Source: Psammoneis japonica (taxonomy: Eukaryota). From it: a stretch of 64,000 nucleotides of DNA. Positions within the stretch are counted from its first letter, which is position 1. Every line of letters starts with the position of its first letter. Location: positions 124,001 to 188,000 of the forward strand of contig QPGO01000088.1 in NCBI GenBank assembly GCA_008632985.1, in the 5' to 3' direction. Below are positions 50,851-64,000 of this stretch, piece after piece. The position numbers and the translations under genes are program-made. The notes below the pieces were generated by a model. That model was not told where the DNA came from, did no database searches, and saw only the letters and a list, made by a program, of their open reading frames with translations.

Positions 50851-53800
50851 CTTTTTCTGCATGCACAAGATTCTGTGCATTTCACAACAGTGCACCCTTT
50901 CCCCAAAATCCATTTGACCAGTGTGTGCACTGTTGTGATTCATGCAGTTTCTGCGTGAATTGTCAAGAACTGACTGCCGGCCATGGTGATCAATGACTTC
51001 ACCCCACCCAAGACAAGGTCAACCTCAAGGTCAACCTCAATCCCTCATTCATCTTTCCTGATGATGTCAATTTTGACAACACAGAATGTTTGCCAATGGT
51101 TTTGGAATGGAGCTGTTTGGACCCAAGCTCAAAAGCACAGCTGCAACACGTGCCTCCAAAAAGCAGTTTGTGGAGAGAACAAATTGTTTGCCCTCTCCAG
51201 AATTCCTTGCACTTCCCTTCCTTTGCCACAAGTGAAAGCTTTGTTGCATTCCCTGCATCACCAAAGTCATCTGCACCAACAACATTGTCAGGAAAACTCT
51301 TGGACATCCCAACATTTGGTCCTGCATCATGACTCGTGGTTGGTCGACACAGAAATCCTGCCAGAACAAAGGCAAGAAGTGCACTCTTTGGCATCAAATT
51401 TTGGAGGATGCTCTTTTTTTCCTGCACAACATCAGGAGAGACAGAAAGAGAAGAGGAGCATTGTCACGACCTTCACCACAATGCAAAGGGGATGGTCAAG
51501 TTTGTGCACCAGATCATTGCCAGCAAGGACCTCAATGACCCTGTCACAGGCAAGCATTGTTTCTATTTTTTGCTGTGCAAAAGTCTCCAAGAACTGATTG
51601 ACAACCAAGTGCATGACTTTCACGGTGCACACTTTGTCATCAAAATGGTCATGCATCATGTCCTGCACAGAGCCAAGGACATGAGCTGTTGGTTCATGCA
51701 GATCTTTCACAATGTCACCACCCAAAAGGAGTGGCACATTTTTGTCAACAGCTTTCTTGTCACCAGGCCACATGTGAGTCAAATTGAGTGGGTTCCAAGG
51801 AGGATGAAGTCAAGGGGTTTCTCAGAGACAAACTTTGCGACAGGACTTGGTGACAATGGAAGGTGATGCCCTGACCCGTTGGGAGGCATGCAAAGCAAAA
51901 ATCAATGCCATGTCACAGCATGAGTTTGGGGAGCATTGTCCAAAGGAGAGCAACCCAGCACACACCAGGTGCACCAAGCAGCTCACATTGCTTCATTGCA
52001 GAGTGCATGAGCAGAGGGCCAACTGCTTGGATGACAATGACAAACAAGAGCACAAATCGAAAACCAAAAGTAAAATTAGAAGGATTTGCAAAGATGGCAC
52101 TTGCTTGTGTGATGCCAGTGAATGCGCCGCACCTGAACTGCTGTTGTGCACTTGTTTTCTCATGGATCCTTTTCCTCCTTGATTTCTTGTTCTCCACAAG
52201 AGCCTTCTTTGTTTGTCCCTTGCAAGAAGGCCAAGACTGTTTCTGGTGCAAACCTGGCTCCTCCTTTGGCACCCAGCAATGTGTCATTGTCCAGGGAGGC
52301 ACACTGCAACCTTGCTGCTGACATTCCCACCTTGTTGGAAATCATGGATCTGACCAAACCTTCTTCCCCCTCCAAAGGTTCACTCTTGAAAGAAGGGTGC
52401 ATGTCCTGCATGGGTGTTGCTGTGAATGGCCTGGTTCTTGCCTCTCTCCATCAGACCCCAATGACATGTTGTGGCTGGACAAGTCCATGATCTGTCAATG
52501 CTTTGACCCATCTGAGTGTCAAGCTGTCACCCCAGATTAAGTTGTTGTTGCCCACATCTCATGCCTGCACATCATTGATGAGGCCACTGACATTGAGCAT
52601 GTGCTTCACCACTCTGCTGCCAACTTTTATCTTGCAGATAACTTGCGGCAAAACTGGCACAAGTTTTCCAACAAAACTGCCTTGGGTGACCCCAAGACAG
52701 GCTCCCAGGTCCGTGTTGATTGCCCTCCTTGCCTGGATCACTGCTTGGGGGGACTGTCTGTCATCAGACAAGCAGGTGCATTGTGCAAAGCTCACTTTGG
52801 CGGTCTTTGCATCTGTGTTCCAACCCTCCTGCTTTTCATTTTGTTGAAGGGCAAGTCCAATCTCAAGCCCAACAGATCGGTGGCTGTTGAGTCTGAAGAC
52901 AGAAGAACAATCAAGTTTGATTGCACTGGACAGAAGGATCATCCAAAGGAGCCTGGCTTTGCCAAGTCCACTGAACCCATGGCCACATGCAGTCTAGAAG
53001 CATTTGAGTCCAACAAAAACTTTGATGAACATGAGTCAGCCAAAATCAAGTCTGTGGTCGTCATGGATGTGCTTGACTTGATTGGCCATGCAAAAATGAG
53101 GTCAAGCTCAGGAAACTGAGCAACCTGCTGCCCTTCAACTGGTCATTGTGGTGCAAAGAGCATTCAAAAGTTTTGGGTGATAAATTGGGTTGTCTCCACT
53201 TCTAATGCTGGGACTGCACAATGCAGGGATTGTGCAGCTTTTGTGTTTGATTCTGTGAGGGACACCATGACAGCAACAACTGCACCTGGCATTGATGCAG
53301 GAAAGTGTCTGCCGGTTGTTTCTTTGTCATGGATGCATTTGGTGAGATTTGGTCCTTCAAGGCAGTTTGCAACAGCAGGAATGCCATTGGTCAGGCAATG
53401 CTGCAACAATGGGTGCAAAATGAAGCCAATGCTGGCTTGGATGCACTCCAATCAAGCTCAGCTGGACTTCCAACTTCAAGACTTTGACCTGCACCACAAT
53501 GGTCATTCCCATCCTGAGGTTGCTCTGTCTGCCAATGCATTCAAGCATCTCTTGCTGGATGACCAAAGGCTGTGGAAAAATGTTGCAACAGGCAGTGGCA
53601 GCAGCACTGGACTCCTCAAATTGCACATGGAACATTTGAAGATCCCGTCATTCCCCATGAGAGACTTTCATTTGTCTTTGGCACAGAACCCCCCCCCCCT
53701 CCTGCATGAGTGGGGGGTTCTTGTTTTTGTGATCTGCTTCAATGATGCTGTTTTGCATTGCAGAAGCAGTGTGCATGTCTGTGAGCACCGTGCAAGCCAC

Positions 53801-55699
53801 AGCAAGCCCACTCTTTTTCTTCATCAACCTTGCACTGCACATTGATGAGATGAGAGAGCAAATGGGAGCTCTGGCTTGAGGTCTGATGCTTGTGGCCTGT
53901 GGCACAACCAACCAGAGTGCTCGACTGAGAGGGCATCAGACACAAGAGGAAGCAGAGTTGGCAAGCTATAGAGGGCAGTTGATGCATCAATTGAGCTCCA
54001 GCCACAGTTCTTTGCCAATTCAAGAACATCGTGCACAGATCTGGGCCAGATCCAAAATGGGTGATGTGACTTGCAATCCTGGCCAGCTGTCCTGGTGGGT
54101 GCTGTCATTTCTGCTGCATCAGGGACAAACATTTGCTCAACCTCTGTTGTGAAGGCACAGACCCACTCATGCTCTTCCATCAATTGATGATGAATGAGTT
54201 TGGCACGCTGTTTGGTGACCCACAGGTTGGGCAGATTGGCCCCACCAGCCTGATGCATGCACCAGAAATTTTCCAAGGCATTTTTGGACCCCAGCTGCAT
54301 TGCCAAGGCCAATCCCATGGCAGATGCGGTCATTGACAAAATCTGTGTGACCCCACTTTGGATGAACAACCATGTCAACAAAGATGAGTTCTTTGCAAAT
54401 CTAATGGAACAATGGGGTGCAAGGCTGCCTGTGGTGTTTGGGCACAATGGGGTGCAGATTTCAGCAAAATTTGTCTCATGTCAGTCCTGCAATGTCTGGT
54501 GCTTGCCGGTGCAGTCTTGAAGAACCATCCTTGTCTGAACAACATGGTGCGTCCCATTTTCAATTCTGGTGTGACCGGACAAAGGAAGCACATCATGCCA
54601 GAAGAATGGAGGCCTCTCATGTGCAAACGCATGACACATCAGAGACCAGGACAGAACATCTCAGGTGGAATGGAATGGAGCACCAGCTTTGTGAGGGCAC
54701 CAACAATTGTTGCACTGGCACATTTGATTGTGTTTTCTGTGGCCCCTTTTCAGGTCAAGACCTTTTTACTTTCTCTTTGTCTGGTCAGCAGCTTTGCAAG
54801 GTGCATGGTTTCAAACAGCATCAAACAGTGGAGTGTGTTGATGCTGATCCAAACATGTGCTAAGATGCCAACACTGCTGGACTGGCAGCTGACAACAAAT
54901 TGAAACAGATGATGAGCACTGGCTTGATGGCCCAGGCAAGGACTGCAAGAGTGAATGGGAAGACAAGAAGGAGAGATGCTGTTGCGGACATGAGCACAAA
55001 CAGAAGAAAGAGAAACTCTGTCACAAAGTCACATGGAGCATTTTGTGAGTTGTGTTTTTGATGTGACAAACACATTTGATTGCATGACTGATTGTTCTTA
55101 CAATGGTTGGGAGGCACAGCAATTTGGAGGAGGATTCCATGGAAGAATTGGATTGGGGCTGAAGCATGGCACCAAATTGAGATGGATGAAGGTGTGGAAC
55201 TTTCACAGGTGTGAATGTTTGTGTGTGCATTTGGGGTGGTTTTAAATGTGTGCATTGACAACAGACTCACACACTGCATTCACAAAATCACATCTGAATG
55301 AATGGTTTGAAATGAACATTTGATTGGCAAACCAGCATCAAACAAAATAAATGGCAGGACATGATGAAATGGCGGGAAATGACTGCAATCCCAATTTTGG
55401 TCATTTGCACATGTTGTGGCTGTCAAAAATTAAAAAGCATGGCAAGAGTGTCCCATGTTTGGCATTGAAAGGGCGGCTTGAATTTTTTGCAATGGCAGTC
55501 ATCCTCATCAGGACCTGATGCATGACGTGGCTGCAAACAAACACAAATCAACAACAGACAACAACAGGCAAAGACAATGGGGGAGGAAGAAGAAAAGGAA
55601 AGAGAGGGACACAGTTGAAGACACATGACCCAACACCCCAGGTTGGCAGCGGCGTTGTTGCATGTGAGAGCTGCTGGAAATTGTCAATCTCTGAGGAGA

Positions 55700-56760
55700 G
55701 AGGCAGAAGAGGTGGCATGGAAAGAGCTGTTCCCAAGATCAAAATTCCTTGTCAAGGCAGACATGGCAAGTGGTGGTGGCAAGGTGTCATGGCTGATGCA
55801 GAAAAACACAGCCAGTGGCAGGTTCAGCAAGCAACACTGGGCAGGATTGTGGAAAAACTGGGCAAAAAAGAGCATCCTCAATGCAATCAATGCAAAAAGG
55901 AACACTGTCACACAGACAACAATGAAGAATGCAACGAGTGGCAAGTGCTGCAAGGTGCATTGGAGAGAGGGTGTTGAGTGTGGTGCCACTGACAAGATGT
56001 GCATTTGCTGCAGTTGTGATGACAGAAGAACAGGCCAAGCAATTCCACGGGAAAAAGAAAGCTGCAAAGAGAGCAAAAACCAAAAGGAAGAGCAAGAGGG
56101 CACCAACCAGTGGGCATTGAAGAACCATTCCTGCTGACTTGGGAGAATGAGACAGTGGACACCATTGTGCATGAAAAGCAGACCAACAAGGATGCACATG
56201 CATGGTTTTACAACAATGTTCTAAAATTGACAAAGAACACTGCGGTGTGGAAAAAGATGGTGGAGTCTGGAAACACCAAGGCTGCAGAGCCAACTGCAGC
56301 AAGCACAACAAGGCTCTGAGGCTGTTGATGTTGGAAAACTGCAGGAAGATTTGGAAGCACAAGGCCATTGAAGAAAAACTCATTCAAGAGGGAAACAACA
56401 AAGGGAACAAAGAGGAGAAGGAAACCAAACCAGTGCCCTTGTGCACAGGCAGACCCATTGTGACAGCATGACTCTTGGAAGGATGAAGGAATGCAGCAAT
56501 TCAATGCCCTGCTTGTGGAGGTGAAGGACAGAGCAAGTGAGCCAGGTGTGCAGCTCAATGCATGGTGCAGCAATGGCAAGAAGAGGGAGAGCAATGAAAA
56601 AGGCAAAAAGGCAAGAACCACTAAAAAACCAGAAGAGATGGAGGTGAGAACACAAGCAACAATGGAGCTCTCTGATGACAGCCAGAGGATGATGAGGAAG
56701 AGGAAATGGAAAAACATTGCAACAATGAGGACAAGGAAGAGAGTGATGGAGATGATGATG
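55700..56760 (+). pseudogene. Decayed transposon-associated ORF, paralogue of 36870-37772
   Basis: WFYNNVL..VWK, LLMLENC..W, SWKDEGMQQFNAL and an acidic tail. Confidence 0.45.
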
Positions 56761-58321
56761 ATGACAAACTCCAATCTGGGCCACCCATTGCAAATGAAGA
56801 ACAGGCAGCAGCATGGCAGCAAATTGGAGTTCATTGACAGGCTGTGTCAAATGGCACAAGCTGTGATTTAGTGTTCATTGGAAAATGCAGCACACAAAGC
56901 ATTGCACAGTTCACATTAAACTTGAGGGTCACCAGATGCAGTGGTGAACAAAAGAGCTGTTGATTGTCAGCTTCTGTGGGGAACAAGGGCAGGCACTCTG
57001 ACAGGAGAACTGGGTGGCTTTTTGACAGTGAATGATGATCTCTTCCCAGCACAGGTCAGGGCTCCACAGCAATTAGATGTCATCTTTCACAGGTGACTTG
57101 TTGTTGCCAGGCATGCAACTGGTGAGGTTTGAAAGTGCAAAAATGTCATCTAAAAAAGCAACAAAAATCACCATGGGAAAGGAGATGTCAACCACTGTGA
57201 TGCACACCCTGATGGCCTCTGTCAATCAACCACATCAAGAAGAGCCAAGAATCAAGAGCAGCAGCAGCAGCAGCAGCAGCAGGAGGAGCAGCAAAGCACA
57301 GTGTGTCTTTGAGATGTGGCTCACATCTTACAATGGTCTGAGTTTTTGCTGCACCTGAAGAAACCAAGTCATCCACTGAGAGCAGCTTCAGGATGAAAAA
57401 TTTGGCTGTCAGTGTGTGGATTGCAGGGGGGCTGTTGCCAGCAGTGTGGCTGCCTTCACTGTCCTTGGTGCTGGCATTGTGAGCACCTTGAGATTCTTGC
57501 AAAGACAACTGCACTTGTTTGCTCTGACAAGGAGGCATTTCACAGATCATGCACACACAAACAACACAGAGGAGATCCTCTCAAGTTGCAGCATTTGTCC
57601 AGAGCTCTGACAAACAGACAGAAAAGCTTGTGGTGCCTCAACTGAGGAAACAGCAGTTTTGCTCACATCTTGAGGCTGGTGGACAAAAAGCAGAGTTGAA
57701 AACCACAGTCCTGCAATGCCTTGTTCATTCTTTCTCAAGAGCTTGCTCATGATGAAATGTTTCAGAAACGTGGTCATGCTGACAACACACACAAATTTGT
57801 GTGGATGACGCCCATTGCTTGGCCATCAACTGGATCATGAAAACAAAAAATCAAAAATTGAAAAGATCTGTTTTAGAAAAAATGGCGGCAACCACCATGC
57901 AGTCATGGTGCACTCATCGATGATGTCTGACAAGATTTTGAACTTGCAAATCTGACACCCAAGAAGAAAATCAACTTGGTTTGGCTTCAACACACACCCA
58001 GCTTGTTGTTGACTCAGATCTGTGTGGGGCTGTTTTGAGATTGGCAGTCACACCCACCAACAGATGGCAGCTTGTGAGTCTTCATGGCGATGCCTTGGAG
58101 CTTGTCATTGACAATGAGATTCTTGACTTGCAGACCAGCAAATTGGCGACCCTTGTGCAGGAGGCATTGTTGACAGCTCTGCATGCAACTTCAGGAACTC
58201 ATCACATTGTCAGTGGCTTGCCAGCAAACTCAATGCATTTGCAAGCTTGAAAGGTGCTGTCATTGACAGTGGGGCAACTGACACTTGTCTGAGAGCAGCC
58301 CAGCTTTAAGAAAGCTTGGAA

Positions 58322-58765
58322 GCAGGTCACTTGCATTGAGTGCAACAAGAGGCATGCATGGCAGCACATGTTTGACAAGCTCCTCATGCTGCCTTGAATT
58401 TTTGTTTTGGCAAGCAGAGAGTTCCCAGCCAGGGGGGGGATCAAGAACAGCGCAAGCAAAAGACTGCCCTTTGCTGCATTGTTCCCAGAGTGGTTCATGG
58501 AAGGAGTGCCGCTGAATGAAATGGGCAAGGTTCAAGCAGGTCAGTGGCATTGAGTGCTGCAAGAGGCACACATGGCAGCACATGTTTGACAAGCTCCTCA
58601 TGCTGCCTTGAACTTTGTTTTGGCAAGCAGAGGCTTCCTGGCCAGGAGGGGGGGGGGGGGGGGCTGCTCACCATGAAATCAAGAACAGTGCAAGCAAAGG
58701 ACTGCCCTTTGCATTGCTCCCAGAGTGGCACATGGAAGGAGTGCCACTGCATGAAACAGGCAAGG
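58322..58765. repeat. Tandem duplication of ~215 bp
   Basis: GCAGGTCA...CATGGCAGCACATGTTTGACAAGCTCCTCATGCTGCCTTGAA...GGCAAGG at ~58322 and ~58537. Confidence 0.85.
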
Positions 58766-59870
58766 TCAAACCCTGGTGCAGTGCCAAGGAATTGACAAAT
58801 CAAGCTTGCATTCTAGCCCAAAGTGGGGCTTCATGTGACATGAGCGCCAGCAGAGTTCTGTGTGTGAGCTCTGCAGCTTGCATGTCTGGTCATTCAGCAT
58901 TTTTTGTCTTTGACCTTGAACAACATGACCAAGCTTGCGGTGCAATTGTGCATGGTGCAAAAGACCACCAAAGTCACACAGAAATGTGCACACACAACAT
59001 GTCATGAAAACAAGAAAACATCAATGTCACAGTCCAGCAGCACGAGGCCCCAGGCAGCTGGAGAGGCAGAGCACACGGGCGCACTGCAGTTGTTGGGACC
59101 AATGGCATGACAAAGAAAGATGCTTGCTTTGATGTTGAGGACAAATGAGCGAGGATCACAGTGACAGTCTGTGGAAACTTGGCAACCAGCAGTTCCCAAC
59201 AATTTCTCAAGCACTGAATGTTGGAAAGAGGAAAAACTGGGTGTGTGCAACACATTTGGGAGCCCAGCACCCCCAGCGTCTCTCAGAGCTTTCTGCATTC
59301 TCTTGCTCTCTGCACCCAAATTGGGGGATGGAGACATGTTTGATTGAAGAGCAATGATGAAAAAGTGCCAAGCTGGGCTGACAGAGGCAACTTGTTCCCT
59401 CTGTGGCTGCTTCGTGGCTTCATTCTTGCCTCTCAACACCTTGCCCCAAGAAAGAGAGTGTTGATGATGTGCACTGACGACAGTTGACCATGCTGTTCAG
59501 CATGGAGAGAACCTTGGCATCCAAGAAGCAGAAAGTGACTGCGTGCAATGAACGTGCCGTCATCGCACTGGCCGGCATGGCACTTGACACTCGGTGAGTC
59601 CCGAGGGTTTTAACACAAGGTGGCTGAGAGCGATTCCTGCACAATTTTCATGCTCATCTGCTGCTTTCTTCAAGGCATCATACAAAGACTCACACATGCT
59701 GTTGCTCGTGGGCTGCAGACCTGCCGCACCGCCCGCAGCATCATGCGACAAGTGGACTGAGTGGAGCAAAGATTTTCAGGGGCGATCATTTTGTGTCAAC
59801 GTGTCCTGCATCACAAAGAAAGAGACATCGAAGTGTCTCAAGCACATGCGGGGGAAGAAGGTTTGGGAGC

Positions 59871-59994
59871 TCAAACTGCATCTCACACCTTCGTGTCCGA
59901 AGATGTCATCAGATTTCCTCTAAATCACAAAGTGGAAGGCGTCAGATTTTAAATTGTGACATCTTGGGACACGAGGGTGTGAGATGCAGTTTGA
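59871..59994. repeat. 38-bp inverted repeat with 48-nt spacer
   Basis: 59871-59908 vs 59957-59994, two mismatches. Confidence 0.9.
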
Positions 59995-61451
59995 CTGTCG
60001 CAATTGATGTCCAGAGCACAGCAGCTCTCGAAGATCTTTCCATGCATTCATGGTTCATTGGTCTCACTGGTGCCGGCAGCAAAGAGATGTCATGGTCATT
60101 CAGCTCCTCGAAGTCATGCATCGTGTCGAGTCCCCGGGAAAATCTTTTCAAAGAATTTCTGCGGGATTGGAAATTTCGCCGCTGGTTTTTGGGGGACGTC
60201 TTTGGAAGTGAGACTGTCGAAGAAAGTCACGTAGAATTTGTGCTAAAACAGTCTGTCAATCAGTGCGATTGGGCATTTGGGACCTCTGGACAGATCCCAC
60301 GTGTTTTCTTGCGCGCACAAAATGCACTGGGAAAACCCCCAAACGCACTGGCGATCAGACCGCCTTCGACGATCTCACTTCCAAAGACGCCCCCCATTTA
60401 TACCTTAACGGGGACCCCCCGTAAGTCTGTACGACCATCCGATTGAGCATTTTTTGCGAGTTGAACGCAACTCTTCTCGTGTTGTCACCGCGATAATCTT
60501 CCTTTGAAGTCTGTTGCATACCAACCTTGTTGTAGCTGTCCTGCTGGCGATCCTTTTCGATAAATCGTTTATTCTACTCCTGTTGCTGAGGTTCGGTCAA
60601 AACGATCGCCAGCAGAAAGTGTATTCTGACAATAATAATTGTGTTTCTGAATGTGTCGACGTTGCCAAGCAGCGATGCTCCAAACGCCTCCAAGCCCACC
60701 CAAATGGAAGGAAAAGCCGACGGAAAGAAGCATGCAATCCCGTTACATGACGTATGGTGCTAGTATGAAAGAAAACCAGGGTTTAAGTACCAGGAGTAAG
60801 TCGCAAAATATAAATGTTCTTTGTCGTGTCGCATCAACGTCTCGTATCTTACAAACGTTTGTTTGCTCGTTACAACTGCCCTGCTGTCAATACTTTCCTA
60901 TAAATCGTTTGTTCTGATCCCATTGGTGAGGTTTGATCGAAAGGATCAACAGCAGAAGGTTTTTTTAATGACAATGTTATTTTGTTCTTGAATGGCGCCG
61001 TTACCGCGCAGCGACACTACAGCAAACGCCTCTAATCCCACCCAAATGGAAGAAAAAGCCAACGAAAAGAAGCAGAGAAAGAAGTGTGAGCGGGAGATAT
61101 TGAATGTAAGGGAGCCGTTACGGCTTTGCTGTTGCCAAATGGTTGGGCGATATTTCATAGAATCTTGACAAGCTCATTCAAGGGTTTTGTTGGAACACAA
61201 CAGGTTTCTTAGCTTTATTGACTTCGGCGACAACGCCGCATTCATTGTGAGTTATGATTTAAAAAGAGGGGCTACGATTCATAAAGGGGCTTTTCTTAAG
61301 TAGTCCTAGGGCCTAACGTAACGAGATTTAGCTTCTATAATATTTACATTCATAGCACTTATGCCAGTTGCCATTGTTTGTACACCTGATAGGAAATGGG
61401 TAAGAACTGGGTGCTCGCCTGAGAGTGTCTTGGGTGATCAAGTCCGTGCAC

Positions 61452-61696
61452 TGACAGGAGAGAGTAAGCTAGAGCCTAATCTAGAAACAGCACCTTGCGA
61501 CAATGCTTTGTCTAGAAGTTGTGAGAGATTCTGAGCTAGTCTCAGAATCGACATGGCTGTCAGAACGGATAGATTCCGACAGGTTGTTGAAACACTCCGA
61601 AAGATCAGTGAATTTCAGTCACAAACCCGACTGAACACATGTACTATCTTCGAACATGAGGTTCCAATGTAAAAGGGTCATGTGGGATCCCTGTCA
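61452..61696 (-). repeat. Putative 3' LTR (245 bp)
   Basis: Starts TGACAG right after the PPT and ends CTGTCA. The partner LTR is outside the window. Confidence 0.7.
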
Positions 61697-61769
61697 CCCC
61701 CCTTGAACCGAATGAGGGAAGATGAGAAGGGGCTCATGACAGCATGTGTGCAGGTAGGCGCCATAGGAC

Positions 61770-64000
61770 ACGGTCGACCATGACCCAAATTTTGTCTGCA
61801 CATTGAGTTTTGGTGAGGCAGTCCGCTAATTGACTTTCCGCGGGAACCCAAACAAGTAAGTGATGACCGAGTCGCTGCCCTTCGCGGACATGTTGGAAGC
61901 GTCTTGTTGGTCGTTTTGGGCCATTTGGACTGCGGCTTGGTTGTCCAACATGAGGATTGTGGGAGCAGTGGACAGTCGCTGGGAGTCAATGGAGCAGTGG
62001 CGAGTGCCAAGGAAGGTGAAGTCGCAGGCCAACATGCGCAGGTGAGCGACAGCCACAGCGCCAGTGCAGGCTCCCATCCACTCGGATTCGGCAGTGGACA
62101 TTGCAACAGGGGTTGGGACAGTGGAATTGGCTTCCACCATTGCCCCATTGAAGTAGACCATAAATCCAACGGTTGACTTGGCGGTGTCCGGACAATCCTG
62201 CCAGCTGGCATCGGTGAAGACCACAAATTCAGAATGACTGATGTTGTGAGCTTCGCAAATCGCGTGAACAGGGCTCGCGGTGGGATCAGAATGAAATTTG
62301 ATGGCGAGGTCTTGATGTTTGCGGAGATGGCCAAAAAGGTGGACGAGAGCATCAAAATCCTTCATGCCAGGGTTGGTGCAAGCCTTTGCAAGTTTGCAGG
62401 TGATCCAGAGAATGTCAGCGCGAGTGTTGCAGGTGAGACAAAGGATGGAGCAGACAGCGGATCGAAAATGGAGACCAGGACACTTGTTCGCGATTTGCTT
62501 GGATTCGGCGGTGTCCTTGGGTTGATTCGCTTTGGAGCACACACAATCAACGGGGGCTGGGGCATCCTGAAAGCTGGGGCTGCCCCAAGGCGAGGTGGGA
62601 GTGAGGAACCGCTTGAGGAGATTGCGCACATGTCGATGTTGGTCGAGAGAGAAGGAGCCGTCGGAATGTCGGTGAATGTGCATCTGCAAGAACCAGGTGA
62701 CGTCACCGTTGAATGTGACATTGCACCTGGATCGTGTGAGATTCTCAAAGTCCTTTTCGACTCTATCGTGAGACCCAAAGTAGATGATGTCATCCGTGTA
62801 GAAAATGAGCTTGAGATGTGAGCCGTCGGGGAAGTGCTTGGCAAAGAAGGTGGGATCTGCCTTGGAATTGGTGCATCCTTGGGCAAGTGAAAATTCGGAG
62901 AGCTCGGTTGACCACCAAAGACCGCTGCGGATGGTCCCGCACATGCCTTTCTTGAGACGGAGGGGTGCACCAAAACATTCAGCAAATTCAGGAAAATGTT
63001 GCTTCAGAATCGGGTCGAATCGAACAAACAGGCGGCCGCGAGCGGGGGCTTGAAGGCAAGCACCGACGAAATCACCATTCTTGACGTGTCGTTTGGCCTT
63101 TGCTGCAAAAGCTGGGAAGAGCTTGATGGCACGAGAGGATGCGTTTGGTGACCAATTGTCGTCATCGGCTGATTTGCGTTGCATGTCGCCGCGCGCACAG
63201 TGTCGAGCCTTGAGTTTCTCCAGAGAGCCGTCGGATTTCTCCTTGGCACGTAGAGCAAGTGTGGTGCCGATGATCTCATCGTCTGGACGGGGACATTCAT
63301 GAAGAGCAAAAGCTTCATTGTCCACGATGAGGTTCTTGAGCTCAGATCGGACGGCACGAAGCCAGGCATCGCGAATCGCAGGAGGTTGTCTGAGGATGGC
63401 TCGAAAAGAGCGGGGAACGGGTGAGCAGTCATCAATGGGAATTGAAGAGGTGGCCTGGACGGCTTCCAAGGCCTGTTGTAAAGGATCCGGGCATTTGTGC
63501 CAATTGCAGTCAGGCCAAGGAGATTCAACGGAGGCGCTGTGCGCAGATTCCATGGCGAGCGAGTCGTCGAAGAGAGTTTGTTCGAGGAGATCGACTGGGG
63601 GAGTGGAGGAGGTCATGGCGTAGAGTTGCTCCTCGTCCGCAAAGCGCACGGAAGTGCGGAGGCCAGCGTTGGTGCGAGTGGATCGTCTGAGACCGGTTGT
63701 AGCGGGTGCAGGGGATGGTGGCGCTGAATCGGATTCATCGGATTCCGGAGGCGCGTCGGTGAGAGTGGAGGAACAAGGGGGTGAGTCAACATCAAGGAAA
63801 TCTTGAACAGTGCCCGCATGTTCATCCACCGGATTCTCGTTGTATGTCTTGAGGCTGGAGGCGTCGTTGGAGATGTTCCGGATCGGGAGTGCGCCAGAGA
63901 AGGGGACGTGGTCGTGCACGAGTGATGATTCGAAAAGTTCGTCGAAGACAGCGTCGTGCGCTACAATCAGATTCTTGGCACCGATGCCCTCAGGAACATG
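61770..64000 (-). pseudogene. Copia pol (RT-RNase H)
   Basis: LKARHCARGD, DFVGA(C)LQA, LKKGM(C)G, YTDD, TRADI, FTDASW, AMSTAESE. After a frameshift near 61910 it continues RRFQHVREG..QLADCLTK. Confidence 0.9.

Larger units (their letters stand above)
34790..60390. mobile_element. Large block of heavily decayed repeat DNA (nested elements, boundaries unresolved)
   Basis: TA and CG both nearly absent over kilobases; only fragmentary coding remnants; no intact host gene recognised. Confidence 0.65.
61452..64000 (-). mobile_element. Second Ty1/Copia element, 3' portion (continues past the window)
   Basis: RT/RNase H on the minus strand, PPT AAGGGGGG, then a TGACAG...CTGTCA-bounded segment. Confidence 0.9.

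Noticed and set aside
22560..60390. Hundreds of overlapping 60-400 aa ORFs as real Cys/His-rich genes
   Set aside because: They are a by-product of TAA/TAG loss and TG/CA excess, and occur in all six frames.

Overview
Eukaryotic DNA, most likely a pennate diatom (inferred from short GT-AG introns, a signal peptide plus Phe plastid-targeting motif on ThrRS, and Copia elements resembling diatom CoDi). Two islands of ordinary host genes are present: PEX11 at 0.7-2.2 kb, and at 11.4-22.1 kb a P/U-type cyclin, a thioredoxin reductase-glutaredoxin fusion, plastid ThrRS, RPL37 and a SET-domain protein. They sit among transposon DNA: a full-length Copia with 276-bp LTRs and an ATCAT TSD, two endonuclease-less Penelope-like elements with hammerhead-like motifs, a nested TIR element with an 8-bp TSD, a ~25-kb block of decayed DNA-transposon-like sequence, and a second Copia running off the right edge. 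The main signal is that every transposon-derived segment, but no host gene, has had its TpA dinucleotides converted to TpG or CpA (A:T>G:C on either strand). Conserved Tyr codons have become Cys or His, TAA/TAG stops are erased, and paired repeats differ by reciprocal TG/CA doublets. This looks like a repeat-targeted, post-insertion, DNA-level hypermutation process, roughly the mirror image of fungal RIP, layered on ordinary CpG decay. I know of no described system that does this. All counts are by eye and no database searches were run.
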